From Diplonema japonicum (Eukaryota; Protista; Euglenozoa: Diplonemea), in contig OZ025702.1 in assembly GCA_964019335.1 (NCBI GenBank), positions 310,001 through 374,000 on the forward strand: a stretch of 64,000 nucleotides of DNA. The letters run 5' to 3'. Position 1 is the stretch's first letter; every line of letters starts with the position of its first letter. This document shows, piece after piece, positions 22,058 to 32,479 of the stretch. The notes beneath the pieces were generated by a model. It searched no databases, was not told the origin of the DNA, and saw nothing but the letters and a program-made list of their open reading frames with translations. The position numbers and the translations under genes were made by a program.

Positions 22058-23685
22058 ATGTCGCTTGCTGCGCTAGCATCACTGATCGGCAAGTCACAGC
22101 CAAAGAAAAAAAGCAACGATGGGGAACTATCTGCGTTCAACAGAGGAGAACGAGACGAAGACAGAAAGAAGAAATATATCGAGGAACAGAAGGCGAAGGA
22201 CGAGGAGAAAATGAAGAAGAGAAAGGAGTGGGCCGGGAAGGAAGAGTGGGAACAGGAAGGCGAATCGGGCAATACATGGATGCCCAAGAAAGAAGTGATA
22301 AGAAGGTTGCGAGAAAAAGGCGAACCTGCGACGCTGTTTGGAGAAGACGACGCCGACAGACGAAAGAGGCTGCACACAATGATGAGCAAGGAATTCAGTC
22401 TGGATGACCTTGCAGAAATCACTGACAAATCTCAAAGGGAGAGAATGCGAAAGGCTGCCGAAGACAACCTCCAGACCACAAAAGACAGGTTAGAACAGGG
22501 AATCTCTGCTGCTCAAGCCGAAGACGACGAACGTGAAAAGATCCAGAAAACCCTTGAAGATTACACAAACCAGCTCATAGAGAAACGGGCCGCCCTTGCT
22601 GCTATCAAGACAACAGGTAAAATGTCACACAAGAATGCATGCTTGTACACCCTTTTGTTTGTCGAGACCGCCTTCCTTGAATGGGACATCGGGAATCTTA
22701 AACGGCCACAAGAGGAGAAGAAATCCCATGCAGGGAAAAGAGAAACTGCTCGGAATCAAGAAACCCACGCCTTCATGAACCCCCTCGTGCAGGGGCTTAA
22801 GAAGGATCGACTCAACGAGGACTTCGCAGCCCCTCTGCAAAAGACCTCCTTCCACGTCATGAATAAGGAGTATGTGGATGCGATGGATTGCTACTTGGGC
22901 ATGACCATCGGAAATTCGCAATGGCCACTCGGTGTCACGCAGGTATGCCCGACTGACACAAAACCACGTTCACCAAGGTTGGGATCCACTCGCGTGTTGG
23001 ACGGGAACGCATCAGCTCCAACAAACAAGCCCAGATCCTTAATGACACTCAACGAAAGTTCATGCAGGTATTGTCCTCCAAAAATAAAGGGGTTTTGTTT
23101 GCAGAGGGTTTTAAAAAAATTCCCCGGCCGGGAATTGAACCCGGGTCATCCGCGTGACAGGCGGATATACTGACCTCTATACTACCGAGGATGACGAATA
23201 TTTTTCGTCTCAGATTTGATCACGTGTGGTACTAAGAAGCATCATGTTCTTTTTGAGTGTTCTTTTGCCCTTTTTTTTGTTCGTGTCATCTTGTGTTTGT
23301 TACACTGATTCTTTACTTTCATTGGGGAGCTCTTGGTTAATAGGAGTGGGCTGTTTCTTCTTTACATTGAAGATTGTAGATGGGGTGGTCGGTATGTCAT
23401 TGTCGTCTGCCTCCCCGGCTTTCCCTGTCCCTCGCAGGTGTGATGGGAGGTTCCTCAGCAACGATTTCTGTGGAGCCGGGAATCCATTTTGGAGGACTGT
23501 CAGCCATCGAACTTTCCTCTTCTCTGCTCTCCTGTGAGGAGTAGCATCATTTCTCCCCACTGTTTTGGGGGCTTCTTATGGAACAACTATATTTACAAAT
23601 AATACAGGGGTTCAAACGCTTGATCACGCAGATGCAGACAATGCACCCCACTGACCCTTCGAAGATGATACGTGACTACTACTAG
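22058..23685 (+). CDS. PRPF18: Pre-mRNA splicing factor Prp18 (3 exons)
   Basis: PRP4-like motif GEPATLFGE; YLGMTIGNSQWPLGVTQ|VGIHSRVGRERI...RKFMQ|GFKRLITQMQTMHPTDPSK. Introns 22943-22977 and 23068-23607. Confidence 0.92.
23068..23607 (+). other. 540-nt intron 2 of PRPF18, hosting an antisense tRNA
   Basis: GTATTG...AATACAG; phase-0 join restores the conserved Prp18 C-terminus. Confidence 0.85.
23120..23191 (-). tRNA. tRNA-Asp(GUC), discriminator A73
   Basis: TCCTCGG TA GTAT AGAGGTCA GTAT A TCCGC CTGTCAC GCGGA TGAC CCGGG TTCAATT CCCGG CCGGGGA A, then a T7 terminator. Confidence 0.93.
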
Positions 23686-23747
23686 TTAATTTTCTTTCGC
23701 TTTTTCTTCTTCTTAAGCCACCAATCCATGAAAGGAGGTGATCTGCG

Positions 23748-25568
23748 ATGATTGACGAAGTGACGGTTGTGCACAAGGGTGGGTTGGTGCTGTGGAAGCA
23801 CAGTTACTCGAAGGTGAAGGGCAATCCCGTGAGCCAATTGATTAAAACGGTAATCTTGGAAGATCGAACGGGCGACGGGTGCTTCACACATGACACATAC
23901 AAGGTGGAATGGCTGCTGGAGAACGAACTCGAACTGATTTTTGTGGTTGTGTACCAGCACCTGCTAGCTTTGAATTATATCTCCGACCTCCTTGACGCCC
24001 TTAAAGGTGCATTCGTCGCGAGGTACAACGATGCGCTGGTAGGTAGGTCATTCCTGAACAACCCCTTAGCCTTCATCGACCCTGCAAGGGACTTCACAGA
24101 TGAGTTCAAGCTGTTGTTGAAAGACGTCGAGGCCGCGTCTGAAGAACTGAGGATCAGAAACAGAAAGTCAAAACAAGCACAGCCGAAAGAGGAACTGAAA
24201 GATAAACCGGAAGCTACCCTTGAACCATCATCGCCTTCATCACCGACTAGTGGAGATCGACCCTTGTCGAAAAAGGCTGAGCAAATCGCAAGGAACCGAG
24301 CAGCAAGGGAGCAAGGGGCCTCGAGGAAAAAGACGGGGGGCAAGGCTGTAAAGAAGCCGCCTCCGAAAAAAGTAGCAAGGCAAGCGTGGAACAGCACTAA
24401 CGGTGGTGTTGGTGGCGACAACTCTCCTTACATCCCTGATGACACAGACGCCGAGTCAAAACGTGTTATCGAAGTGACTCACGACCCTGTGGCCGATCCT
24501 TCTAACCTTGATGGCGACTGGGCGAAAGAAGAAAAGCCCCGTTCCCGCTTCACCAATTTCCTCCGCGACCGTTTCGGCAACCGTGAGATTGATGACCAGG
24601 ACCTCGACACCATTCTCCCCAACCTCCGCGACCAGATGACCTCGAAGAACGTGGCACAGGAAATCGCAGACTCGCTCTGCAGTTCCACACGCGCTGAGCT
24701 GACCGGCAAGAAAATTGCGAACTTCACATCTCTCTCAACGTACATCAAAGAGTCACTCACCGCATCTCTGCTCAGGTATTTCCTTATTCAACTCCTCTGT
24801 TCTTTTACAAAACCCCCCAGGATCCTATCGCCAAAGAAGGACGTCAACATCCTCCGCGACGTGGCAAAGGCGAAGGAACAAGGTATTCTGAGAAGCCCCC
24901 CCCCCCCCCCCCCCCCCCCCCCTTATTATTAAACAGGCCGACCGTACACGATTGCGTTCTGTGGTGTAAACGGTGTGGGGAAGTCAACGAACCTGTCGAA
25001 GGTCGCGTACTGGCTGAGGGGCAACGGGTTGTCGGTGTTGATCGCCGCATGCGATACGTTCAGGAGCGGAGCAGTGGAGCAGCTTAAGGTACACAGTGGG
25101 AGGATAGGCGTCCCAGTATTTGACAAGGGCTACGCAAAGGATGCGGCTGAAGTGGCGAAGGATGGGATTTATAAGGCGAAAAAAGAAGGCTTCGATGTAG
25201 TGCTTGTGGACACTGCAGGGAGAATGCAGGACAACGAACCGCTGATGAGATCGCTGGCAAAACTAATCCACATCAACAAACCGGACTTGGTGTTGTTTGT
25301 TGGGGAGGCCCTTGTTGGGAACGACGGTATAGATCAGTTGAAGAAATTTAACTACTCTCTTGTGAAGCACACCCCCCCGGGTGATGTCCCCCGTGGCATT
25401 GACGGCATCGTCCTCACCAAGTTCGACACCATCGATGACAAGGTCGGGGCTGCTGTTTCCATGGTCTACCAGTCTGGTCAGCCCATTGTTTTTGTTGGTG
25501 TAGGTCAAGACTACCAAGACCTTCGTACCCTTAACCCGAATGTTGTCGTGAGCTCTATCCTTGACTAG
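23748..25568 (+). CDS. SRPRA: Signal recognition particle receptor alpha (3 exons)
   Basis: Longin N-terminus (KGGLVLW), [29 protein letters not shown]. Introns 24776-24820 and 24883-24936. Confidence 0.96.
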
Positions 25569-26218
25569 TATTTTTTTTTCCTTTTTTTTTTCTTTTTTTT
25601 TTTGGAGACAGGAGGGGCGGGAGGAAAAGGAGGACAAGAAAAAAAAAAGAATTCCCTCATGCATTGCACAGCATCGACCCTCGCTCTTCCCCCCCCCCCC
25701 CCCCCCCCCCCCCCCCTTCTCCTCTCCTTTTTATTTCCAGCAAAAACAAAAGAAAAATAAAAAAGTACTGTCTTGTGCAGGAGGGGGTAGAGGAACCTTT
25801 TCATGCCGAAAAAGAAGTTAGTTTCTAACCCCTCCCTTTCCTCCCAGTATTCGAGGTCCTTGCCAAGGATGTTCTTTGTGGTCTGATGGGTGTGTCTTTG
25901 TTGGGCCAGGACGCCGTTTGTCGTCTCTTCATCTTCAAAGGAGTAAGATTTCGGGTGTTTGGTTTTCTCTTTTTTTTTTATCCCCCTTTCATAGTTTCCT
26001 TTCTCAACCCCCTTTCCTCATTGGTTACCTCTTTTTTCTTTTATCTTCCCCTTTCCATCCCTCTGTTATCACCACCACGTACCCCCAAGCCCCCTCTTTC
26101 CGTCTGGGACCAAGGAGTATACCCCATCCGCTCTCACCCCCCCTTTTTTTTTTGCTCTCCCCTGTAATAGCTTATCAAAGCAAAGAGAAAAGAGAGAGAG
26201 AAAAAAAAAAAAAAAAAA

Positions 26219-27292
26219 ATGTCGATTCTGATCATGCTTCGGTGTTTGCTAACAGGCGCAGAGAAGACCATGGCGATACCAATTGGGGAGAACCTGAGGG
26301 TAGGAGACCTTCAGAACAAGGTCGGGGGGGACGCGCTTCTGATGGAGGGCGTGGAGCTGGACAGGGAAATGCTGCTGTCGGATGTAGGAATCGTGAACGA
26401 AGACGTGATAGAAGTCAGACACCGCGAGGACCCGCACGTCGAACATACAAGCACAGGGTACCCAGCCAACGACGAGTCAATGCAAAGGGCTGTGGAAGAA
26501 TGCGACCTGGAAACCATCAAACTCTTGCTTAAATGCAACATAACCCTACAATCCAAACATATCCACTTCGCGTGTAAGGAAAACATGGAAGACCTTCTGT
26601 ACCTGATACTGGAAAAAAGTGCGTGTCTTAATATGCGAAATCCTGAGGGGGAGACACCACTGATCACGGCCAGCAAACATGGCAACTTGAAGTGCATGCA
26701 ACTAATCCTCTCGAAGGACCCTATCGACACTGTGAAGTGCAACGAGGGCAAGACGTTCCTCCACTATGCCTGGAAATGGAACACCATCAACCCCATCGCG
26801 TTCAATAAGTCTCTACTTCGCGCCCAGGACAACGAAGGGAAGACCCCTCTTAGCTATGCCATCATCCACAAAAAGAGCCAGCTCCGTTACCTATTGTATA
26901 ATGATGGGTACCATTTGATAGGAGCAGACCACGATGGGAACACGGCCATGCATCTTGCATGTTTGCATGATCACGTGGCGGCCGTGAGGCTGTTTATGTC
27001 TCTATACCCGTATCCTGTTATTGCATCGCAGAATCATGACTTGAATACATCTCTCCACCTGGCTGTGTTGCACGGGCGGAAGGAATGTGTCAAAGCCTTG
27101 GTTCTCGGAAGCACTGTGCGGCCTTCGCTTACGGAGAAAAACCGTGATGGTTTGACCCCTCTTGACCTCCCAGCCAGCGAGGAGATAGAGCAGTTACTAA
27201 CAGACTTTAAAAACAAGTACCACGGCAGGCACGTTAAAGAAGATGATCGAGAAGTTCAAAAGAAGGCAGAGTGCGGGTGCATTCTCATGTAA
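26219..27292 (+). CDS. Ubiquitin-like domain plus ankyrin repeats with C-terminal CaaX
   Basis: UBL-like N-terminus (GVELDREMLLSDVGIVNEDVIEV); GETPL/GKTPL/GNTAMHLA repeats; ends ECGCILM*. Confidence 0.85.
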   Translation: MSILIMLRCLLTGAEKTMAIPIGENLRVGDLQNKVGGDALLMEGVELDREMLLSDVGIVNEDVIEVRHREDPHVEHTSTGYPANDESMQRAVEECDLETIKLLLKCNITLQSKHIHFACKENMEDLLYLILEKSACLNMRNPEGETPLITASKHGNLKCMQLILSKDPIDTVKCNEGKTFLHYAWKWNTINPIAFNKSLLRAQDNEGKTPLSYAIIHKKSQLRYLLYNDGYHLIGADHDGNTAMHLACLHDHVAAVRLFMSLYPYPVIASQNHDLNTSLHLAVLHGRKECVKALVLGSTVRPSLTEKNRDGLTPLDLPASEEIEQLLTDFKNKYHGRHVKEDDREVQKKAECGCILM

Positions 27293-27400
27293 GTGGACGG
27301 ACACAAATTTCAGTATTTGAGTAACCTGTTTTCCCCTCTCTTGGAGAAAGAAAGAAGAAAAAAAAAAAAGAAAAAAAGAAAAGAATATCCCCCCTTCCTC

Positions 27401-27437
<37 letters not shown>

Positions 27438-27693
27438 ATTCTCCTTTGAGTATATTCACTTTCACCATTTCCCGATGCCACTGCAGTGGGATCGTTGCTA
27501 ACACCTCGAATTTAATCTCTTTTGTCGCTTCTTATTAAATTATTTTTTGGGGGTAAGAAAAAAGAGATACATTAATGTTAATTATTCACTGCAAACTCCT
27601 TCTCTTCGATGACGCGCACCCTCACGCACACCTTCACGTTCATTATACTGTGTTTTACTATTTCCAGCACCAGCAAATTCCACACAGGGAGGG

Positions 27694-30600
27694 ATGGCGG
27701 GGGTGGCGAGGGATGACGAGAAACTGAACAGGGACTTATGTAAGTCAGGTGCGAAGGTCTTTTACTTCGAAGCGAACCACGCATGGGCTCTTGGGGTAGT
27801 TGAGAAAGATGACGGGAAATTGTTCACTGTGAAGGGGACGGGGTTCAACAGCACAGAAGTGGCACCGTTGGAAACCACCAAGGTCTCGGATAAGCAGATC
27901 TGGCCTGCACGAGAAGATGTTCTAGACGAAGATGTCCGCGACTTGCTAGACCTCACAGTGCTTCACGATTCAACCATCCAGAGATGCCTCTTCCTTCGGT
28001 ACATGAAAGACATGGTCTATACCAACATCGGCCAAATCGTTGTGGCACTGAACCCTTGGAACTTCAAGATCTCCTGGTACACCGACGATAACATGCCCAA
28101 GTACCTTGCCGAAGGAGAGGTCATCAAAGAGAACGTTCCCCATTCTTGGGCACAGGCGCACAACACCTACAACGACATGAAGCGTGAAGCCGAGAACCAG
28201 ACAATCCTAATCTCAGGGGAGAGTGGTGCAGGCAAGACAGAGGCTGCTAAGATCGTCATGAAATACCTCGGGTCCGTCTCATGTCTACAGGGCGCTGAAT
28301 CCGCGAAAGAGGCCGCTAGGAAGGTCGCCTTCAACATCAACCAGGCCTCGCCCATCCTCGAGGGCTTCGGGAACGCTAAGACCGTCCGCAACGACAACTC
28401 CTCGCGGTTTGGGAAGTTTATGAAGGTGCAGTTCGACGATGTTGGGTTCCTCGTTGGCGCGTACACCATCAAGTACCTTCTCGAAAAGTCGCGTATCGTG
28501 ACGGCGAACCCCAACGAAAGGGTCTACCACAGCTTCTACCTGCTTCTTAAAGGAAAAGATAAGTCCCGCTACCAGCTTTCAGATCCGAGCAATTACCACG
28601 TGAACGCCGGTGGGTGCATCGACATCCCTGGAGTGGACGACGGCGATGACTACAGGATATGCTTGGAGTCGATGACGAACTGTGGCTTCAGCGAGATGGA
28701 ACAGAACGGTGTGTGGAAATGCATTGGGGGCATACTGCACTTGCTGCAGGTTAAGTTTTCAGCGTTAGATGCCGATTCGTGCAAGATCGAGGAAGGCACA
28801 GTGGGCCTGGTCGACCTGACAGCTAACATGTGGGAGGTGAACGCAGATACACTGCGAACCGAGCTCGTGACAACAACAATGGAGACACGCGATGGGCCCG
28901 TCACGAAGAAGTTGACGACAGTGAAGGCGGCGGACAGCAGGGACGCAGTGGTGAAGGCTACCTACGACGAACTCTTTTCGTGGCAGGTGAACAAAATCAA
29001 CAAAATAACGGACTCCGGGACGGGGACGAACTTCATCGGGCTGCTTGACATCTTCGGCTTCGAAGACTTTGAGTACAACTCTTTTGAACAACTGTGCATC
29101 AACCTTGCGAACGAGACCCTTCAGAACCATTACAACACCTTCATCTTCACGAAGGACATGGAGGAGTGCAAGGCTGAGGGCGTTAACGTCACCGAGGTCA
29201 AGTGCCCAGACAACAGCCCGTGCCTTGCCATGATCGCACAAAAATCTGGCATTTTGCACGTCCTAGACGACGAGTGCTCCCTGGGGCAGGGCAGCGACGC
29301 GGGGTTCCTCGACAAGGTGCTTGACGCACACGCTTCGAACCCTTTCTTCAGCCAGAAAAAGCTTTCTAAGAATTCTTTCATCGTGCACCACTACGCAGCG
29401 TCTGTCAACTATACCGTCGAGAACTGGCTTGAGAAAAACCGAGACACCCTTAAAAAGGACATGAAGCTCATGATGCGTGCCTCACAACACTCCCTTATCG
29501 CCTCCCTCATACCAGAGCCCGATGACAACGCAAAGAAGGTCACCACAGGCGGTTTCTTTAAGCAACAGCTGGTGGAGCTCATGGCGCTCATCAACAGCAC
29601 GCAACCCCATTGGATCAGGTGCGTGAAACCGCACCCTGCGAAGAGACCCCTCATGGTGGACGGCGTGCAGACGATGACGCAGCTGGAGTCGAGCGGTGTG
29701 CTGGGTACCGTGAAGATCCGAAAGGCGGGCTTCCCTGTGCGGATTACTTACCAGAAGTTTATTGCGAGGTTCAAGTGTATCTTGGGCGGCGGACCGCCCC
29801 CGGACAGTCCTCTCAACGTGATGCAGGAGTTTTGCAAAAAAGTGGTCGCAAAGGCAGAAATCGATCCCCTAAAAGGGCAGTGCGGAAAGACGAAAATGTT
29901 CCTGAAGAACGAAGCGAACCAGCGATTAGAGGCTGTGAGGGAAGCAGCGTTGAGGACACATGTTGTGTGCTTGCACAAGCATGCGTGGACGAGGGTGTCT
30001 GAGCTAGTGGTCAGGAAGCAGAGATGGGTGTGGGGGGTCAAGAAGATACAAGAAGAGGTAAGGGACTGGCTGCAAAGAAGCATAGCAGAGCGAGCAGAGA
30101 GGGAACGACAACGCCAGGAGCTGTTGGAAACGTTAAAAAGCGTTTTGGAGCCGTTCGAAGAAGAATGGAAAGCGGCGACCAAAGAAGTTGAAGAAGAAGA
30201 AACCCGGGAATGGGAAGCATTGATGGCAGAGAACAGGGAGTTCCTTGGGACCAAGGTGGCTGAGGTGATGCGGCAGGTCACGTCCCTCGAGGAGGAAAAC
30301 CGCGCCGTGATCGAAGCCGAGGAAGAGGAAGAACGAGAAAGCTTCGAAAACACGATCGCCGCAGAAAAGACCGGGCTGATGTTCAAAGAAATCGAGTTTT
30401 TGGAAGAAAGGCTTCGCAATGACATCGAACGGGAGTGGTGGAACGCGGAACTACCGATGAAACCAGCAGAAGGCGGCCTCACCATGGAGTGGGAAGAACA
30501 ACGAGACGTAACCAGGCAAGTACTCGGGGATGAGGACAATGTGGCGCAGACGCGAGGCATGAAAGGGCTTTTAGAAGAGTTTCTAAAGATGGAAATACAG

Positions 30601-31881
30601 CTTGTGGAAGAAGACAGAGGCGACTGGTCCGAACCGTACAACAGGAACATCATAAAGAAAGAAGAGCTCACGAGGAGAAGATTCTTCAACCAACAGTTCA
30701 CCATCGGGTGGACGGAGGCCAGGCTCACAGAAGAACAAGTCTTTGAAATGATATGGCGTGCAGACGTCGCAGACACTGAAGACACACGGTTCCGATCCAT
30801 CCTCCAAGCCTTTTACACATCAACCCTCAGGCAGGTCGAGGCACCGAACACCTTCAAAGGTCTAGACTCGGAGCCCGCATGCAGAAAGCTCATTGAAAAA
30901 GAACGTCGCGACACAGTTCGCAAGCTCTATGCCGCGTGGAAGTCTCTCAAATACCAAACAGCAGAGTCGTACTCTAGAAGGTGCATCGATCAACAATGTG
31001 ACCTATCTTTCGTTGAAATCGAGAAGCGTGCCAATGTGGAGATCAGCGAGATGAGCATGCGCGACCAGGTATGCACAAAAAAACAACTGAACTTTAAAAA
31101 AAAAACCCCACCACAGTGCCGAGAGGTGTACGAGCCATTCCAGCAAAACATGAAAGAGAAGCGTGAGTTGAGGGAGAAACGGCAGTTAAAGCGGGACAGG
31201 AAAATGCGAGCGCTGCATAAACTGTGGGTGCAGGAGAATGAAAGGTTGGAACGGGAAAGGTACGGTGATACCGGACAGGACTGGCGGGATCAGAGCGAAG
31301 AATTGATCAACGTGCTGAATCGGTACAGAGAGGTGGCGGGAGGGGTGCAGGGGTATGGTGAGGAGTCTCAAATGGCGACGACGGCAACTAAAAGGAAAAT
31401 AGCTGATTTCGGCGAATACATGCGGAGGGTGGAAGAAGGTGAGGATGTTGAGATGGAAGAGTCATTCACAACCACACCGGAGACCCTGTGGGGGCACCTC
31501 AGGAGTGTTCAAGCAGAAGGCTCCCCGAGAGCCTCGCCGTCCCCTGCTCTCCCCACGCCGGTACCACCCACACCCTTAGATGTCCACCTGGGCGTTGCAG
31601 ACGGGGGATACCTCGTCAGACCGGACCTTCCCTCCCCCTCGCGAGGTAACGGTCGCCCCATGATGCCTTCCCCTCTCCCCCCCTTGCCTGTCGACACCTC
31701 CCTCCCCTTCCTCGACCAGGTCATCCAGCATGTCTCTGACATTCACGACACCGTTGCCGACGCTGACCTGTTCAGAGAAGCGATGAGGCATTCCAATGCC
31801 AGAGTTGGCCTCGGCCTTGACGCCATCCCCCAGGGGAACACTGAGCGTGTCGTTAGCTCGTTACCACCGTGGGCGCGGTAG
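27694..31881 (+). CDS. Myosin heavy chain (kinetoplastid class XIII-like motor, Glu-rich tail)
   Basis: GESGAGKT, NAKTVRNDNSSRFGK, LLDIFGFE, IRCVKP. Probable in-frame intron 31069-31116. Class assignment is tentative. Confidence 0.93.
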   Translation: MAGVARDDEKLNRDLCKSGAKVFYFEANHAWALGVVEKDDGKLFTVKGTGFNSTEVAPLETTKVSDKQIWPAREDVLDEDVRDLLDLTVLHDSTIQRCLFLRYMKDMVYTNIGQIVVALNPWNFKISWYTDDNMPKYLAEGEVIKENVPHSWAQAHNTYNDMKREAENQTILISGESGAGKTEAAKIVMKYLGSVSCLQGAESAKEAARKVAFNINQASPILEGFGNAKTVRNDNSSRFGKFMKVQFDDVGFLVGAYTIKYLLEKSRIVTANPNERVYHSFYLLLKGKDKSRYQLSDPSNYHVNAGGCIDIPGVDDGDDYRICLESMTNCGFSEMEQNGVWKCIGGILHLLQVKFSALDADSCKIEEGTVGLVDLTANMWEVNADTLRTELVTTTMETRDGPVTKKLTTVKAADSRDAVVKATYDELFSWQVNKINKITDSGTGTNFIGLLDIFGFEDFEYNSFEQLCINLANETLQNHYNTFIFTKDMEECKAEGVNVTEVKCPDNSPCLAMIAQKSGILHVLDDECSLGQGSDAGFLDKVLDAHASNPFFSQKKLSKNSFIVHHYAASVNYTVENWLEKNRDTLKKDMKLMMRASQHSLIASLIPEPDDNAKKVTTGGFFKQQLVELMALINSTQPHWIRCVKPHPAKRPLMVDGVQTMTQLESSGVLGTVKIRKAGFPVRITYQKFIARFKCILGGGPPPDSPLNVMQEFCKKVVAKAEIDPLKGQCGKTKMFLKNEANQRLEAVREAALRTHVVCLHKHAWTRVSELVVRKQRWVWGVKKIQEEVRDWLQRSIAERAERERQRQELLETLKSVLEPFEEEWKAATKEVEEEETREWEALMAENREFLGTKVAEVMRQVTSLEEENRAVIEAEEEEERESFENTIAAEKTGLMFKEIEFLEERLRNDIEREWWNAELPMKPAEGGLTMEWEEQRDVTRQVLGDEDNVAQTRGMKGLLEEFLKMEIQLVEEDRGDWSEPYNRNIIKKEELTRRRFFNQQFTIGWTEARLTEEQVFEMIWRADVADTEDTRFRSILQAFYTSTLRQVEAPNTFKGLDSEPACRKLIEKERRDTVRKLYAAWKSLKYQTAESYSRRCIDQQCDLSFVEIEKRANVEISEMSMRDQVCTKKQLNFKKKTPPQCREVYEPFQQNMKEKRELREKRQLKRDRKMRALHKLWVQENERLERERYGDTGQDWRDQSEELINVLNRYREVAGGVQGYGEESQMATTATKRKIADFGEYMRRVEEGEDVEMEESFTTTPETLWGHLRSVQAEGSPRASPSPALPTPVPPTPLDVHLGVADGGYLVRPDLPSPSRGNGRPMMPSPLPPLPVDTSLPFLDQVIQHVSDIHDTVADADLFREAMRHSNARVGLGLDAIPQGNTERVVSSLPPWAR

Positions 31882-32056
31882 GAGGGGGAAAAATATATGA
31901 AAAGAAAACCCCAACACCTCCCCCTTATCCTTCTATATCCTAACAAATGTTGTAGCTGTATAGCAATACCCTCCTTCTTGTGTTTATTTCTTTTTTGTTC
32001 TTCAGTATAGTATTGTGTTTCTACCCGTGTCCAATGTTTACCCAAGTGGTGGCAAC

Positions 32057-32326
32057 ATGGAGGTTAGCAAAAGAGGCGTCCTCGAGGTGAGGGGTCCGAT
32101 GACTCTGCGGTGGGCGGTGAAGGAGTGGCGTGTGGTGGGGACAACCCTCTGCGACGCTCGAACGGAGATCGACCTTCGGACCTGCAAGCTAGAGGCGTCT
32201 ATAGGGGATGTTGACTTCACCGTCACCTCGCAAGACGGGTGCGTGCAGAGGATGTTCAAGACTGAGCTACCCTACGAAGCAGCTGAGTGGGTGCAATGCA
32301 TACGGAATATCCAAGGCAGGCGTTGA
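32057..32326 (+). CDS. Small PH-domain-like protein (89 aa)
   Basis: KRGVLEVRG...W...EIDLRTC...FTV...AEWVQCI pattern of PH domains. Confidence 0.6.
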   Translation: MEVSKRGVLEVRGPMTLRWAVKEWRVVGTTLCDARTEIDLRTCKLEASIGDVDFTVTSQDGCVQRMFKTELPYEAAEWVQCIRNIQGRR

Positions 32327-32387
32327 CACGGTGCCTTTGGACATCCCCCCTTTTTTGAATAAGTCAAATAAGTGACTCTACTCAATA

Positions 32388-32418
<31 letters not shown>

Positions 32419-32479
32419 ACAAAAAAAAATTGAAGAAACAAGGGAAAAAAAAAAAAAAAAAAAAAAAAAGAAACAAAAA

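Noticed and set aside
22943-23173. C-terminus of the 371-aa ORF overlapping tRNA-Asp
   Set aside because: Read-through of intron 1; the spliced model restores the Prp18 motifs.
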